Positions 22,126 through 35,200 of a DNA stretch of 64,000 bases are shown here, piece after piece (position 1 is the stretch's first letter; each line of letters begins with the position of its first letter). The DNA comes from Amphiscolops sp. MND2022 (Eukaryota). The DNA lies in assembly GCA_964187785.1 (NCBI GenBank), contig OZ076409.1, positions 19,096,001 through 19,160,000 on the forward strand. The letters are read 5' to 3'. Below the pieces are notes generated by a model. It was not told the origin of the DNA and ran no database searches. It worked only from the letters and a program-made list of their open reading frames with translations. The position numbers were made by a program, and so were the translations under genes.

Positions 22126-25084
22126 ATGCGGTCTATTCTGTTCTTGAATTTCATTGGTTCTCGAACAAAGAGCCATATTTTGCGTTCAATGCGGCGTGTT
22201 CGGTAAGGATGTTGATTACATATTCGTCGTATTTGTCTTCTATGGCGGTTCCCGATACCGAATTTCTGCTGAGAAAATCGGTAAACTTTAAGGTACTGCC
22301 GGCCGGCAATATGTTGAACTGCCATGTCAAAATGAACCAATCTATCCAGCCACCAGGGTAGCCTTCCGCTGTAACGCTGATTGCTTCGGTTGCGTTTTAT
22401 TAATGGTTCGGATGCTTGGTGGTCTGTGTACAAGTGTACTTTGTTTCGTAAAGGTAAAATCAGAATTTTTCTAATCCCCAACCTACTGCTAGCAGTTCCA
22501 ATTCATCGATAGAAAAACTTTTTTCTGTATCATTCAGATATCTGCTACCAAATGCAATCGGTTTTATGTTTCCGCTGTCTTGTTTTTGCCAAAGTGTAAT
22601 TCCGAGTCCGATGTTACTTGCGTTCGTTGTGACCAAGTTTTCTTTGTCTTCAGCGTAGTGTCCCAAGCATGGGTTTCCGGTTATAGCATCCGCTTTGTTT
22701 GCGTTAAATCTTCCTGATCCTTTTCTCATTTCCATGGTTGATTTTTTTCAACAATTTTCTGAGTCTGTCGGTCTTCTCAAAAAGCTTCGGAAGAACTTTT
22801 GCCAAATGTTGTACTGCACCCAGGAAAGATTTCATTTCCTTTGTGTTGTTTGGCGGCTTCAACTTCAATACTGCTTCCACTTTTTCTTCATTCGGTTTTA
22901 TTCCGTTCTCATGATTTTCGTGTCCCAGCCACGTTTTTTGTTTCGATAAAAAATCCGAGTTACCACTATTATGTCACCTAGCAACGCCGGTGTACAGTAT
23001 TCTCTTGTTCGGTCTGTTTTGAAATATTGTGGGTATATCGGCCAGCTCGTAAAACCCCTTTTTTAATTGATAGTTACCACTGAATTTTGCACCGGTGATT
23101 GCGAATACGCATTGTCGGTTTGTTTCTTTCGATAATTTCATTTGCACGTAGGCGTAGTCTCAATCAATTTTTGAAATGAATAATTGAGCTGTTCGGTCTC
23201 GGGTAATTTCTACCGATATCTGATTCAATAATTCCTCCAAATTCGGCATGAGTGGTCTCCGCTTTATACAGCTATCGTTTAGTTTTTGGCAATCAAGTGC
23301 TATTTTAACCGATTTATCGTTTTCACCGTTATTACTACCGGTGACACAAAACTGTCCTCATCCACGTTGATTATTTCTTTAACTTTTCGAGGTGTCCAGC
23401 TTTTATCAATTTCTCCAATTCTTTCCGGGTGTAGCGGGAAGCATCTAGCTTTTTGTTTTACTGGGTAGTGTCCCGGTTACAGCTGTATAATTATTTCCGT
23501 GTCTTTTATTGTTCGGTTGTTCTCGAACAATTTCGGAAATTTGTTGATTATTCTCTCTTTTTCTGATTGGTTAATCTCGGCCAATTGATTTCTTCCGATT
23601 GGTAATTTAAATCGTTTCCTCCAGTCCAATCCCAAGAGTGGTGTTATAACCGTTCTTTCGGTAATCAGGATCTCCATCTTCTGTTTGTTATTTTCGTATT
23701 CTATGTTCACTGGTTTCTTCCCCCAGAATTTCACTTCATTTTTTATTAACGTCCGGGTTTCGGTTCGTTCTTTTCTGTATTTCGGTTTGTTTGACTATTT
23801 GTTCATCCAAAGGCAATATTGTTACCGGTCACTCGGTATCAATTATGATTTTTTTGTAGCCCGATTATTTTCATTTTCGCTGTGTAATGTTTCTGTTTTT
23901 CTTCGATTTTCTTGATTTCTTCTATATGGTGTACTTTCACCCGATTCGCTGATGGATTCATTTGGTTCGTTCACTACTTCGTCGGTAAGTTTTTTCACTG
24001 TTCCAATGTTGTTTTGACTCTGCCTGCATGCCCTTGCGAGGTGTCCTTTTATTCCGCAGTTGTAACAATTCGACTCCGATGACGGACATTTGTGTGATGG
24101 GTTCCAAATCGGGTTGTTGCAAAATCTGCATGGTCGGCTTCCGTTAAATTTTGTTTTTGGTCTAGCACCGAATTTTTCCATTCTTTGTATCGTTTCTTTT
24201 TTGATCAGTTGTTTTTCTTTTATTGTAATCAAAGCTTCGGGTATTGTGTTCTTTTTGTTTTCCTTCACATATGTATTTTGTTTCAGCAGTAGAATTCCTT
24301 TTTTCTTTTCGAGGGTTTTTTTCTTCATCATCTTGTCCCGTAAGTTTTTATCGGTGATCGCCGTCATATACTACTTTGAAATCATTAATTCTTCGGCTGA
24401 TACGGTGTTAAAGTTGCGTTGTTTCTCGATTTCGATTAGTCTTCTCCAGAACTCTTCCGATGTTTCATTTTCCGATTGTTTGGCCCAAAAGAAATCGCCT
24501 CGGTTGTGGTATATGTTACCCTTCGGTAGGTAGTGTTCGGTATATATCCGGATTAGGTCTCTTCTTTTTATGGTGTCCGGTTCCGTTTTATATTCGGCTC
24601 CGGTTATTTGATAGAGAGTTTTTGGCCCACTCCCCAAAAAAAATAATATTGAATTGCCGTTTTTTCCCGGTCTATTCGGTATCCGTTATATCTTCTCCTT
24701 CCAATAATGGTTAATGTCAATTTTGTGTTCCCGTTTCGTAAACTGCCGGAATCTTTCTAGCAACTGCCTCGGTGTGAATTTTGTGTTTCCGTCTGATGCT
24801 TTTGCTTCCAAGTTCGGTACGATGTTTTTCTCTGTCATGGTTTCGGTTCAAGAAATTTCAATTTGGTTAAGAACTTGCTGATTGCGCCATGTTGTATTCT
24901 AGAGTTGTATGATAAAACAGTTTTCTAAAATAGCTTCTTTCTTTATCGAACATATAGCATCGTAGCAAAACATAAAGTGACATAATAAAGTTTTATATCG
25001 AATGTTTATTGTTTGTTACTATGGCAGGTAATTGTCTATGACCGAAACTCGGTAGAGGTTATATGTCTAGTCCGGTATTTGACA
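22126..25084 (-). mobile_element. Decayed Gypsy LTR retrotransposon (5' LTR, PBS, gag, protease and RNase H remnants; RT largely deleted)
   Basis: LTR 24890-25084 (TGT...ACA). PBS TGGCGCAATCAGCAAG at 24874-24889 (minus strand). Gag from ~24838 with knuckles CRFC..H.C and CYNCGIKGHLARAC. RNase H TNASNIGLGITLWQ...IAFGSRYLNDTEKSFSIDELELLAV and YTDHQA. Confidence 0.85.
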
Positions 25085-26288
25085 GTTGAACCGTATAAGA
25101 ATGTTCAAGTCGGCGCCTGCTTAAAGCTCAAACAGAGCAAAATCTTTTAAATTTGCTTAATTACAAGTTTGAGCTCTTTTCTGTTTTCCCCTTCAAACCA
25201 CCATTTTTTTGGAAAATCAGTAAAATACTATAACAAAAAGATTTGAATACAAACCAGAAACCTTCAATTTTATACTTGTTTCCAGGGTGACATTTTAGAA
25301 TTGAGATACAAACTTTGTTCACGCTATTTGTGCCTATGAATTCACGCTTCCTCACGCTTCCTTTGATCAAGAAATCAACAGCTTCCTGTTTTGAGTCACA
25401 AACAACAATCAACACGAACACATAAGTATAGTAAAACGGCCTGAATATCGTTTTGTTCAAACAAAACACTTCTAATAGTTCTTACCTTCCTGTTTTGAAA
25501 AAAAGTTTTCACTTTTAATGAGACTAGTCTGAAATTTTTAAATAAAATTTTTAAAATGAAAGCTCTCGTTGTTTTGAAAATTGTTCTAAAAATTATTATC
25601 ACAGTTCCAAAAAAGAACGCAAGAGGGCACTTTCGAATCCCGAAAAGTTTTTCCGTGACTGAGAACATCAAAAATCTCAAAATTGCTGGTAAAAATGTTT
25701 ATGATGGAAAAACTTTCCGAAAAAAAGTATCCCAGTGCCGAAAACTTAAAAGGTGTGCAAAATGCGTTATTCCCAGTAAAAGTTTCAAAAAACGACCCTA
25801 TGGTCTTGACTACCCTTGAAAACACTTTTAAAATGAGCACCGCACGGGATTCAAATTCACGTACATGAAGCCAATTTTTTAAAATCAAAATTGGAGCAAA
25901 ATCTAAAAACATTTGAAACGGAGACCCATTTTATAAAATTTTGAGTTTTATGCTAGACGCCAGTGCCAGTTCAAACCATCAATAGTCATGAGCAAACTCA
26001 TTGATGACTTACTAATCGTTTTTCATCGTTGAGCACAAGGAAAATGACTCATTGTGTGACTAATTCAACCATTGATTATCGCTCTGTGAATAAGCAACAA
26101 ACAACCACTCACTGACAACTTTGATAACCATCTACTACGACATGACAACTTAGTACTTTCGAAAGCCGTGAAAGATTTTCTGATTACTCACTCAAGACTC
26201 GAACTGTTACTGGAACTGACAGATACCAGACTTGTGAAACACGCATCGAACTCTCTTGAAGGAGTGAAAAACCCACGACAGCTTCGAA

Positions 26289-29200
26289 ATGAAGTTGATT
26301 CTGTACAAAATGGTGATGCCTTTCTCCGTTCAAGACTACGAGAAAGCATTCATCTATACATTGGCCAGAATATCTCGTAAGGTAATTGGAGAACTGTGTA
26401 TTGAGTGTTACAAACATAGTTCTGAAATTTACCGAGTCTAGATTGCTGATTAAATCAGTTTGTAAAATTAGCTTTTTTGAACTTTTCATCGCATTCTTCC
26501 CGAAGAAAAACTCAGCTGTTCTAAGTGAAGCAGGAAAAAATTTCATGTTCATCAGAAATGGGAGGGGTTCATCAGTGGGATGGGAAGCCGGTAACCTCAA
26601 TTTTCATATCTCAATCTTATCATCTTTCCAAATTGAGATCAATAAATTACCAAAGAATAATTTTATTCATCATTCTCTCTCTGTAAATTTTGTATCGATA
26701 AACTGCTGGGTGGGGTGGGGGGATGTTCGTTACGTTTGGTTTTAGGAACTGAAGAATGTTTTTTGTTCGGAACAGAATTGACTAGCAGGTTGAATGTCTT
26801 TTAGGGTTTCTCAGTTACCTTGATTTTTAGGAAACAGGAAAAGGTAGCGGGGTGGAATGCAAGGAAAACCGCGAAGACCCTGATTACAAGTTACCGGATG
26901 GAACCAAACCCGCAAAGTGCCAGTACACCTTCAAGATTTACCATTGCGAACGCTTCGTTTCCAAATGGGTGCGAAAATTGGCAATAAAATTGTTTGGAAA
27001 AAACTCTCTGAAGTTCCTGGAAAAGTCTTGGAACTGCTTCCCTTACATGACAACGGACACTAACAACATGGAAAAGCCAGAAAAGGTGGAGATGAATGTA
27101 GATTCCATGCACATCGATGGCGACAAGGGAGATAATGAGAAGCCCATGTTTATCTACAATAGCAGACTGCTCAAGAAGAAGGAATCTTTCAAAGGTTGCA
27201 CCATAAAGGTAATTTAGGAAATAGCAAATCTTCATGAAACATGCTGAAAAAACAACGTAATGTTACAGCAAGTAGGCATCTTTTCGATGCAAAAAATTAT
27301 TGTCACCAATTCGACATGTTTTTAGTCGGCACTTTTTGTAACAAAAAGTGTCCGACTTTTACAGATGCTAGTTTTCCGTCAGACCACAGACCTCACACTA
27401 CATGATCGACACTTTACAGACTTTCCCCCTATAAGTTCTAAAGTGTGTGAATTCAAGGTGCCAAGGATGTTGAAAGGTACTCCTTTTGAGTTTTTCATAG
27501 CATCTACCGTATCCCCGACACTATTTGAGACCAAAGGGCCCCGCCTTAGGTTTTTTCGGCACTGTGCGACTTTTCCAAAAAAAATCAAGAAAATTTTCCT
27601 CGATGTTTTTAATAACAGAAAAGTGTTTTCTTAACTCAAATTTCATCATTTTTTTTATAAATCATATTTCGCATCGATTTATTTTCTCAAGTTTTGAAAT
27701 TGCAAACATTTTACTCTCTTCTGCTCACAGAATACAGAATATGATGAAAGTTTTGTTTATGAAGTTGGTGCTTTGTTATGTTTAAGAATTTGGATCTGAC
27801 AACCAAAATCAGAGCTTTGAAGAAACTGGACGTGACCCAAGTGAGACCAAAGACACATCCGGATTTTAAGCCCATCGAACAGTCCCAGAAGAAAAAACCC
27901 TGGCACCAGGACTACGAGGGACCTGTCATGTGTGCGTACAAACTGGCCAGAGTCAAGTTAGATCCAGAGTTCCTTTTGATTTGTATTTAGTGACACTTTT
28001 CTCGGATAACTTTTACGCGTGGGCACAAAAAGAAAAAAGTTCAACTTTTTTGAATCATCTGTCGGCTTTCTCATTTCTGATGAAAATGCAAAATTCTTAA
28101 TGCTTTACTCTTGTGGGACAAATGAGTCCAAATGTTTCCGTATGAGAAACCGAACTTTTCAAAAAGTTCCTAACACGTACACAAGGATGACTGTCCATGG
28201 ATTACGCCTGAAGAAGTTGTAATCAAAACTTATGTTTAGAGATTAATGAAAAGTTTGAAACTTTCAGGCGCTCTTTTCCATGTTATTTCCAAAAAAATCA
28301 TAATTTTCTGCAAGTTTTTTGTTGAGTCCTTCGAGAGTTATCGCAAACTCATTCAGTAGGACCAAGTGTCCTGAATACTCTCAAAGATTGTTAAAAGAAA
28401 CTTCTATTGAGGCATAAATATTTTTGCAAAAGCAAAAAGGCTTGAATGAAGACGTCATTATAAAATCATCGAAAAACTAAATCTCTGAGGAAAAAACAGT
28501 CCGAAAAATTGGTGTTGCGTTTGCAATAAGATTGGAATTATTTTATCAAATAATCCTTCGAAATAACTTCATAAAATCCGAAATACATAGTAAAAAATAT
28601 CTTTTTGGAAATATCAAAAAGTCAAAAAGTTAATTCTTTGCTATCTCGAACTCATGACTCATTTTGTTCATGTGTTTATTGGTTTTCTGTAAAAGTTTGC
28701 GGGATTATCATTGTGGTTTCGTTCTTTCTGGGATTCAAACTTATTTGTTATCTCTGAAACATCTTTTGATAAAAATTCCCAAAACGAGGTATAGGAAAAC
28801 TATACAATTCTTTCATGGTGGCCATAGAGAGGCATTACACCCCTTGACCTATGACTCATTGAAGCACCACGTGAAGAGTTCTTCCAAACACAAGGGGGTC
28901 ACGTGATTCTGAACAAATATCTGGGAGTTCAGACGAGACACAACTCCATCATCCACAATGGCGATCTAGTGCACAGGGAGTCAATACGCTATCCGTGTGG
29001 GAGAGAAAGGGTTGCAAAAAGCTGCGAATTCATTTGTAATAAAGTAAACATCATCCCATCCGCGAATATCTCCCCCTGTAGTTTGGGCAACTTGGGTCAA
29101 TATCTCAATTTCAACTCTCCTGAATCACACCCTCCCAGCTGGATTACCTGCCCCTCAAGACAGTCTCAAACGCCGCCCGAATCCAGGAACGCCCTGTCAA

Positions 29201-32200
29201 TGTTTAATATGGTTTTCTGTCTTCTGGAATGTTCTAGAACACCCTAAAAATTGCTGGAAAGACTTTATGCAAACAATCCATCAGATCCGCGTAAACTATA
29301 GTTGTTATACAATTTTTTAGTTGCATTTCTTCGATAAAAAACAACTGGTGGGCACTAAAATTGTAATTTCTTTTGAGCTATTATTCCCGAGATAGCAAAA
29401 CCGTCAAATACACTGAAGTCTTTAATGCAATTTGAATCACCCCTTGAAGTTCCAAAAAAAACTTCAAGAAAATACTGAAAAAAAAACATTCATTTGCTGT
29501 TTCTGAAAACTTAAACTGAGTGCTTATTTAATTTTATTGCTTCGAGATAGCAAATCCTGATTTGAAACGTAAAACAAAAGGTAAATTTTAACCACTCGAA
29601 AAAAAAATCAAATTCAGTTTTTGAAATTTTTCAAACACAATCAAACTGAGTAGTAGAATAAAAACTTTTCGATTAGTTGAATAGTGAAAAATTCTTGTAG
29701 TTCAATTTGAGCAAAGTTTTGTTTAAAAAAAACAAACATCAGAATTTTTTGTATCAGCTTTGAAACTAATTTTTTCGAGATATAGAGACCGATGCTCCTT
29801 TTTTTGTACAGAATTTTTTGTATCGCATTTTCAAAGTAGCTTTGCTTCGAAGTAAAAAAAAACACGCATGGTTTTCATCTTAGCCGCTAGTTCTCTACAC
29901 CATGCTCTAGAAACCTAACCTAAAAAACCCGAAGAAAATAGTACAAAACTTGCTCTTAAAAGATCTTTCCGAATCAACAGACATTGTTATTTGGCATGAT
30001 GTGTTAAATAATAGCATCTCAAAACATGAGAGCAATAATTTTCGAGCATTGACCGTTTTCCAATTGTTCGAATTTTGAAACCACTTCAAAATAAACTCCG
30101 GGCTCTAGTGTACTGTCACCGATTCCGTACCCCGCACATTTATCAAACTTTAAAAGAATTAGAAAACATTAAAAAGTTGAACACCGTTGAAGACTTTGTT
30201 TTGCCGAGAAAAAAGAAAGATCCTGAGTATCTCAAGAAACTCAAGGCATTACACCAGAGCCCCGGGATTGAGTTAAAACACATTGCCTTTCTTTTGAGAA
30301 AGGAGATGAAGCTTGACACTATTACCGACAAAAGCCGCCCCCAGCGGCCCAGTAAGCTTGACCGAAAGGCTATCAAGAGTGAAGCTGCCGTTGCTGCTTC
30401 GTCCTAGACCCCTCCATCCGCCTTTATTGTACTGTAGTTACGGTGTCCGGACTTCATTGTCTGGTTGAAGTTCCTACAGTAGTTTTTCCGTCTTCTTGAG
30501 TTGTGTCCGGACTTAAGTGTCCGGTTGATACTCAGAAGTTCATTCCCCGTCTTTCTTCCTGCCGTTTGGACAGTGTCCGGACTTCATTGTCTGGTTGAAG
30601 TTCTTTCGGCCTTCTTCCGCCTTTTGGGCACTTAGTATTGGAGGAACCGTCATTATTTCGGGAAGTGCGATTTTTTTTATTCGCTGTCTCGTCCCATTTA
30701 ACTTTCTTTTAACACAAAAATTTGTACAGTTTCTGTACCGTTGTTGTTATCGTGAGATACAGCTCGCATTCACTCCTCACCGCTTCCGTCAACCCAACAT
30801 CTCCTCCGTTCAGCTGTGTCTAAGCTTAATTGCTTGGTTGACGCTGTCGAAGAGAAAGTTTTAATTCTAACTCCATAAACATTTTCTCACTACTTTAATT
30901 CATTTTCTAACGGAAGTTCTTGACGAAAATGACCGACACCAGGCAAGACAAAGTCAAAAAACTTTTCGAAAGTCGTGCCAAAGCCGAGACCGAGTTACAG
31001 AGATTGCAGGAGAAAGTCCAAGATGCAGTGGATAACAAAGATAGACGTGTCCGCATTGAAAGACTTGTTACTTCCTGTGACGAAGCAATGATTAAACTGT
31101 TTGCCAAACATGAACAACTTTTCGAACTCGCTGGTAAAACAGAAGACCCGTCACTTGTTACACAAGATTTGGAAACTTGGTTGAATGAAGTGACCACTCG
31201 AAACGATGAGATTTTGAAGAAGGCTCGTGACTACATCGATCAATGTCCGCTCGTCGATGCAGCATCTCAATCATCAACGACTGTCACCAAAAGCAAGCAA
31301 CCAAGCAAAACGTCAACTTCAAGGACATCCAGACAATCGAGAACATCCAGTCAGCGACAAAAGGACTTGCTAATTGCCAAGCAACGTAAGGTGGAGATAG
31401 AAAAGCAAAATGAAGCCGCCCTTAGAATTGCAAAGCAACAGCAGGAACTGGAACTCGAACGTCTACAGGAAGAACAGGAACTACTACGACTGAGACCTGA
31501 CCGACTTAGGAAGGAACAAGCACTTCAAGTTGAACAGTTAGAAGAGGAAAACCGAAAGAAACTAGCTGAAGCAACACTCACCGAGCTTGAACTGACAGAC
31601 GACTTGTCGGACTCTCAATCAGAGCTTCTAGACACGGTGACGCAATTAGCTACTTCGACTAAAGCTGACGATACGCTCCGAGTAAGCGAGTGGGTTAACA
31701 ATTCACCCATTACCACTGCAAGTCACCCCACAAACACTGCAGTTTTGGACACAAACACTGTTACCGTTACTACTGCAGCGCCACAATCGGTCAGTATGGG
31801 GGCTCCTACAACAACCCCATTACCTAGCCTTCCAGTAGTAATTTCTGTAACTCCTCCGCCCGCGCCAACGGCTAACGACATGCCATCAGTTACGGGACTA
31901 GGTTCATTAGTTTACATACCAACTACGGAACCTGTCCAAAATCCACAACTAACTACGACTCATCCGACAACTTCTCCTTTGATTACCGCTACGGTACAGC
32001 CAGCTCCCACAGTCACAGTTCCCGCAAGCCATCTTCTTCCAAACTTATCGGCCTGGACGTTCCCGACAGGACCAAGCAACCCGCATGTTAGCGCAACTCC
32101 TGTAACCACGAACCAAAATGTAATTCCGACAGTTCTTCCGACTACCAGTGTTGCCACAACAACCTCGCCTATTATTCCAGTCACCGCTGGAGGAACCGTA

Positions 32201-35200
32201 TACTACATTAACCCGACGTCTATGGCAACAGTGTCCGCACCGAACAGCACACCAATTCCGAGTACATTCCCGACCATTCCTTCAGCAACGCAATTCGCAC
32301 CTCCTACGTTCATCACTGCACCGCAACCAGCGACAAACAGTTTCACTGTTCAAGATCTTGCGCAACTGTTAGCGTCGTCAAAGAGGGACCACCTCCCGGA
32401 ATGGAAACTGGCACAGTACAGTGGAGATCCACTTCAATGGCACGAGTGGTATGGCCAATTCAAGAGTGCCATCGATTCAGCCCCGCTTACCGATGACGTG
32501 AAGCTAACATATCTAAAGACACTGGTGTCCGGCAAGGCAAAGACTACTATCGCTGAGTTTGCCTACAGCGGTACCATGTACAAAGATGCGCTGAAAACTT
32601 TGGAACGAAAGTTTGGGCAACCTCAAACCGTGGTTAGTGCCTACCTTGACAAACTTGCCAACAATCCGCCAGTTAAAATGCACAATAGCGACAGTATCAT
32701 CAGCTATTCTGCTACTGTTTCCTCACTGGTCGGCGTTTTCCGGTCCTTGAATTATCTCCAGGATCTGTCGAGCGCTTCTCTCATGAACCAAGCAGTTCAA
32801 AAACTTCCACCAAACCTGAAGGAAGCCTGGTTTATGAACACTGTGAAACGGAACCTGGACCGGCCGACGTTGATTCACTTCAATGACTGGCTGAAGGAAA
32901 AAGCAGAAGCGCACGAACGCATGAAAGCCACCTCCAGTAAACCGAGGACTGAAGAAGTTTCTGCCAACACTGTCACTAAGACAAAAACGGGAACCAAGGT
33001 TTTTGCGGCGACCACGAGCAATCAAGTGAAAACTGTCCCCAAGATTAGAAGTGAGAAACAGTGCATAGCCTGTAAAGACAGTCAGCCGCTGTGGCGATGC
33101 TCGGTATTCCGCCAAAAAACTCCAACTGAAAGAACCAAGCTAGCTGCCGAGAATAAACTATGCTTTTTTTGTTTGAATGACGGACATTCCTTCCGACAAT
33201 GTCCGCAACCAAGAAAGTGCACCAAGGAAGGCTGTAGTAGCTCGCATAACACTTTACTGCACGGCGCGGATGAAATCTTCCCCCAGAAAAGTTTCGGTGA
33301 TGCAAAAACTACCCAAAGTAGTAAAACAAAGGTCAATCAGAAACAAACCGGCAGTGAAAGTTCAGGCATGCCTTCTGTAACTGATTACAAAGGATTGTTG
33401 CAAATAGTAGAAGTGCAGTTAGATTCATTGTCAAGCTCCGTGAAAATTCTCGCATTATGCGACTCAGCTTGTAGTCATTCTTGGGTCTCAAGAAGTTTAG
33501 CTGACAAACTACGAGTCAAAGGCTCCGCAACCAAGTTAACCGTACACGGGATAAATTCCCAGCAAGTGGTCGACACGGAAACAGTTGAGCTTAAGTTGAC
33601 GCCCGTTCATTCGGGTGGCTCTTGTTCAACTTTTCCTGTCACGCCTTATGTCCGAGATGATTTGAAAGTGGGAAACGACGTCATCGACGTTGACAATTTG
33701 AAAAAGATTTACCCACATTTAGAACCGATCTCCCTCAGCAAGTACAGCTATTCAAACGTTGAGATGATCCTTGGTCAGGATGTCTTCCACTGTATCCGCC
33801 CATTGGAGTACTTCGAAGCCGACCGTCCGAATACTCCGATAGCCGTCCGTTTGCCGTTGGGTTGGGTACTGAGTGGTCCACTTCCTTCCACTACGGGTCT
33901 TTTCTCGACTTGTTTCAAAGCTGTCACTAGCTCAGAGAATGATTCGATTCTTGCCGATCAACTTCGCAGTTGGTCTGACATGGAGTCATTCGGCGCCTAC
34001 AAACAAGTTGATTCACGCTCCGCAGCCGATGCGCAAGCGATGAAAATTCTTGAGGAGACAACATTCAACGATGGATACCGTTACCAAGTTGGTATGTTGT
34101 GGGCCGATGACGAAAGTACGTTACCGAACAACTACTTCTCGGCTCTCGTTCAACTCAAGTCTTTAGAACGCCGCCTAGGGAAAGATCCTCAACTGAAAGA
34201 AAGTTACAGCAAAACAATCAAAGAGGATTTTGAAAAAGGGTATATTGTTCAAGTCGATAAATCCGAATGCTTTCGAACTGATAACTGTCGTGAATGGTAC
34301 TTACCACATCACCCCGTGATACACCCACACAAACCCGGCAAAGTGAGAAGAGTTCTGAATGGCGCCGCGAAGTTTCACGGTTATTCTCTGAACAAAGCTC
34401 TTTTAACTGGTCCAGATCTGCTGCAAAGCTTGATCCATATCGTTTTTAGATTCCGTCAAAACCCCAACGCCGTATCCGCCGACATCGATGGAATGTTCCT
34501 ACAAGTAGGAGTTATTCCGAAAGACCAGCCGTCTCTTCGCTTTCTGTGGCGGGAGGACCCATCAACTGAAGTTGCTGTTTTTCAATACGTAAGGCACATC
34601 TTCGGTTCGAAAGACTCCCCGACATGCGCAAATTACGCCCTAAAGAGGACCGCTACAGACAATGCTGAAGATTTTCCTACTGCCGCCCAGAGCGTGCAAA
34701 CAAACTTCTACATGGACGACTACCTCGAATCTAGTCCCACAGCTGAAGAAGCCATTCAAAAGGCTAAAGATTTGACAAAATTGCTTTCAATCGGCGGATT
34801 CAAGCTCACAAAGTTCATGTCTAATGATTCCAACATCCTGGAACAAATCAAACCGAACTCTGACAGCCAAACCAACGATGGTAAACCGTTACTGACAACA
34901 GAGGAATCGTCACATGTACCTGGCCTCAAATGGAACCATGCTTCAGACACACTTGTTGTTAGCCGAGGAACCACTCCTGATACAAACCGAACTGTTACTC
35001 AAAGAGTTGTCCTCAGCCTCGTATCCGCTGTATACGACCCTATTGGACTCGTGGCTCCATACACAGTGAAAGCTCGACTTCTGCTCAAAGACATATGGAG
35101 ACTGAGCGGCCAGAAGTGGGATGACATTCTCCCAGATGACATTGTAACCAAGTTTCTTGAGTGGAGCTCTGAACTGGGAACACTCAGCGAACTCAGGATT

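Noticed and set aside
28836-29865. Insertion in the BEL/Pao leader bounded by TACACC direct repeats
   Set aside because: No TIRs or poly-A tail, and a 6-bp match could be chance. Boundaries are unsupported.
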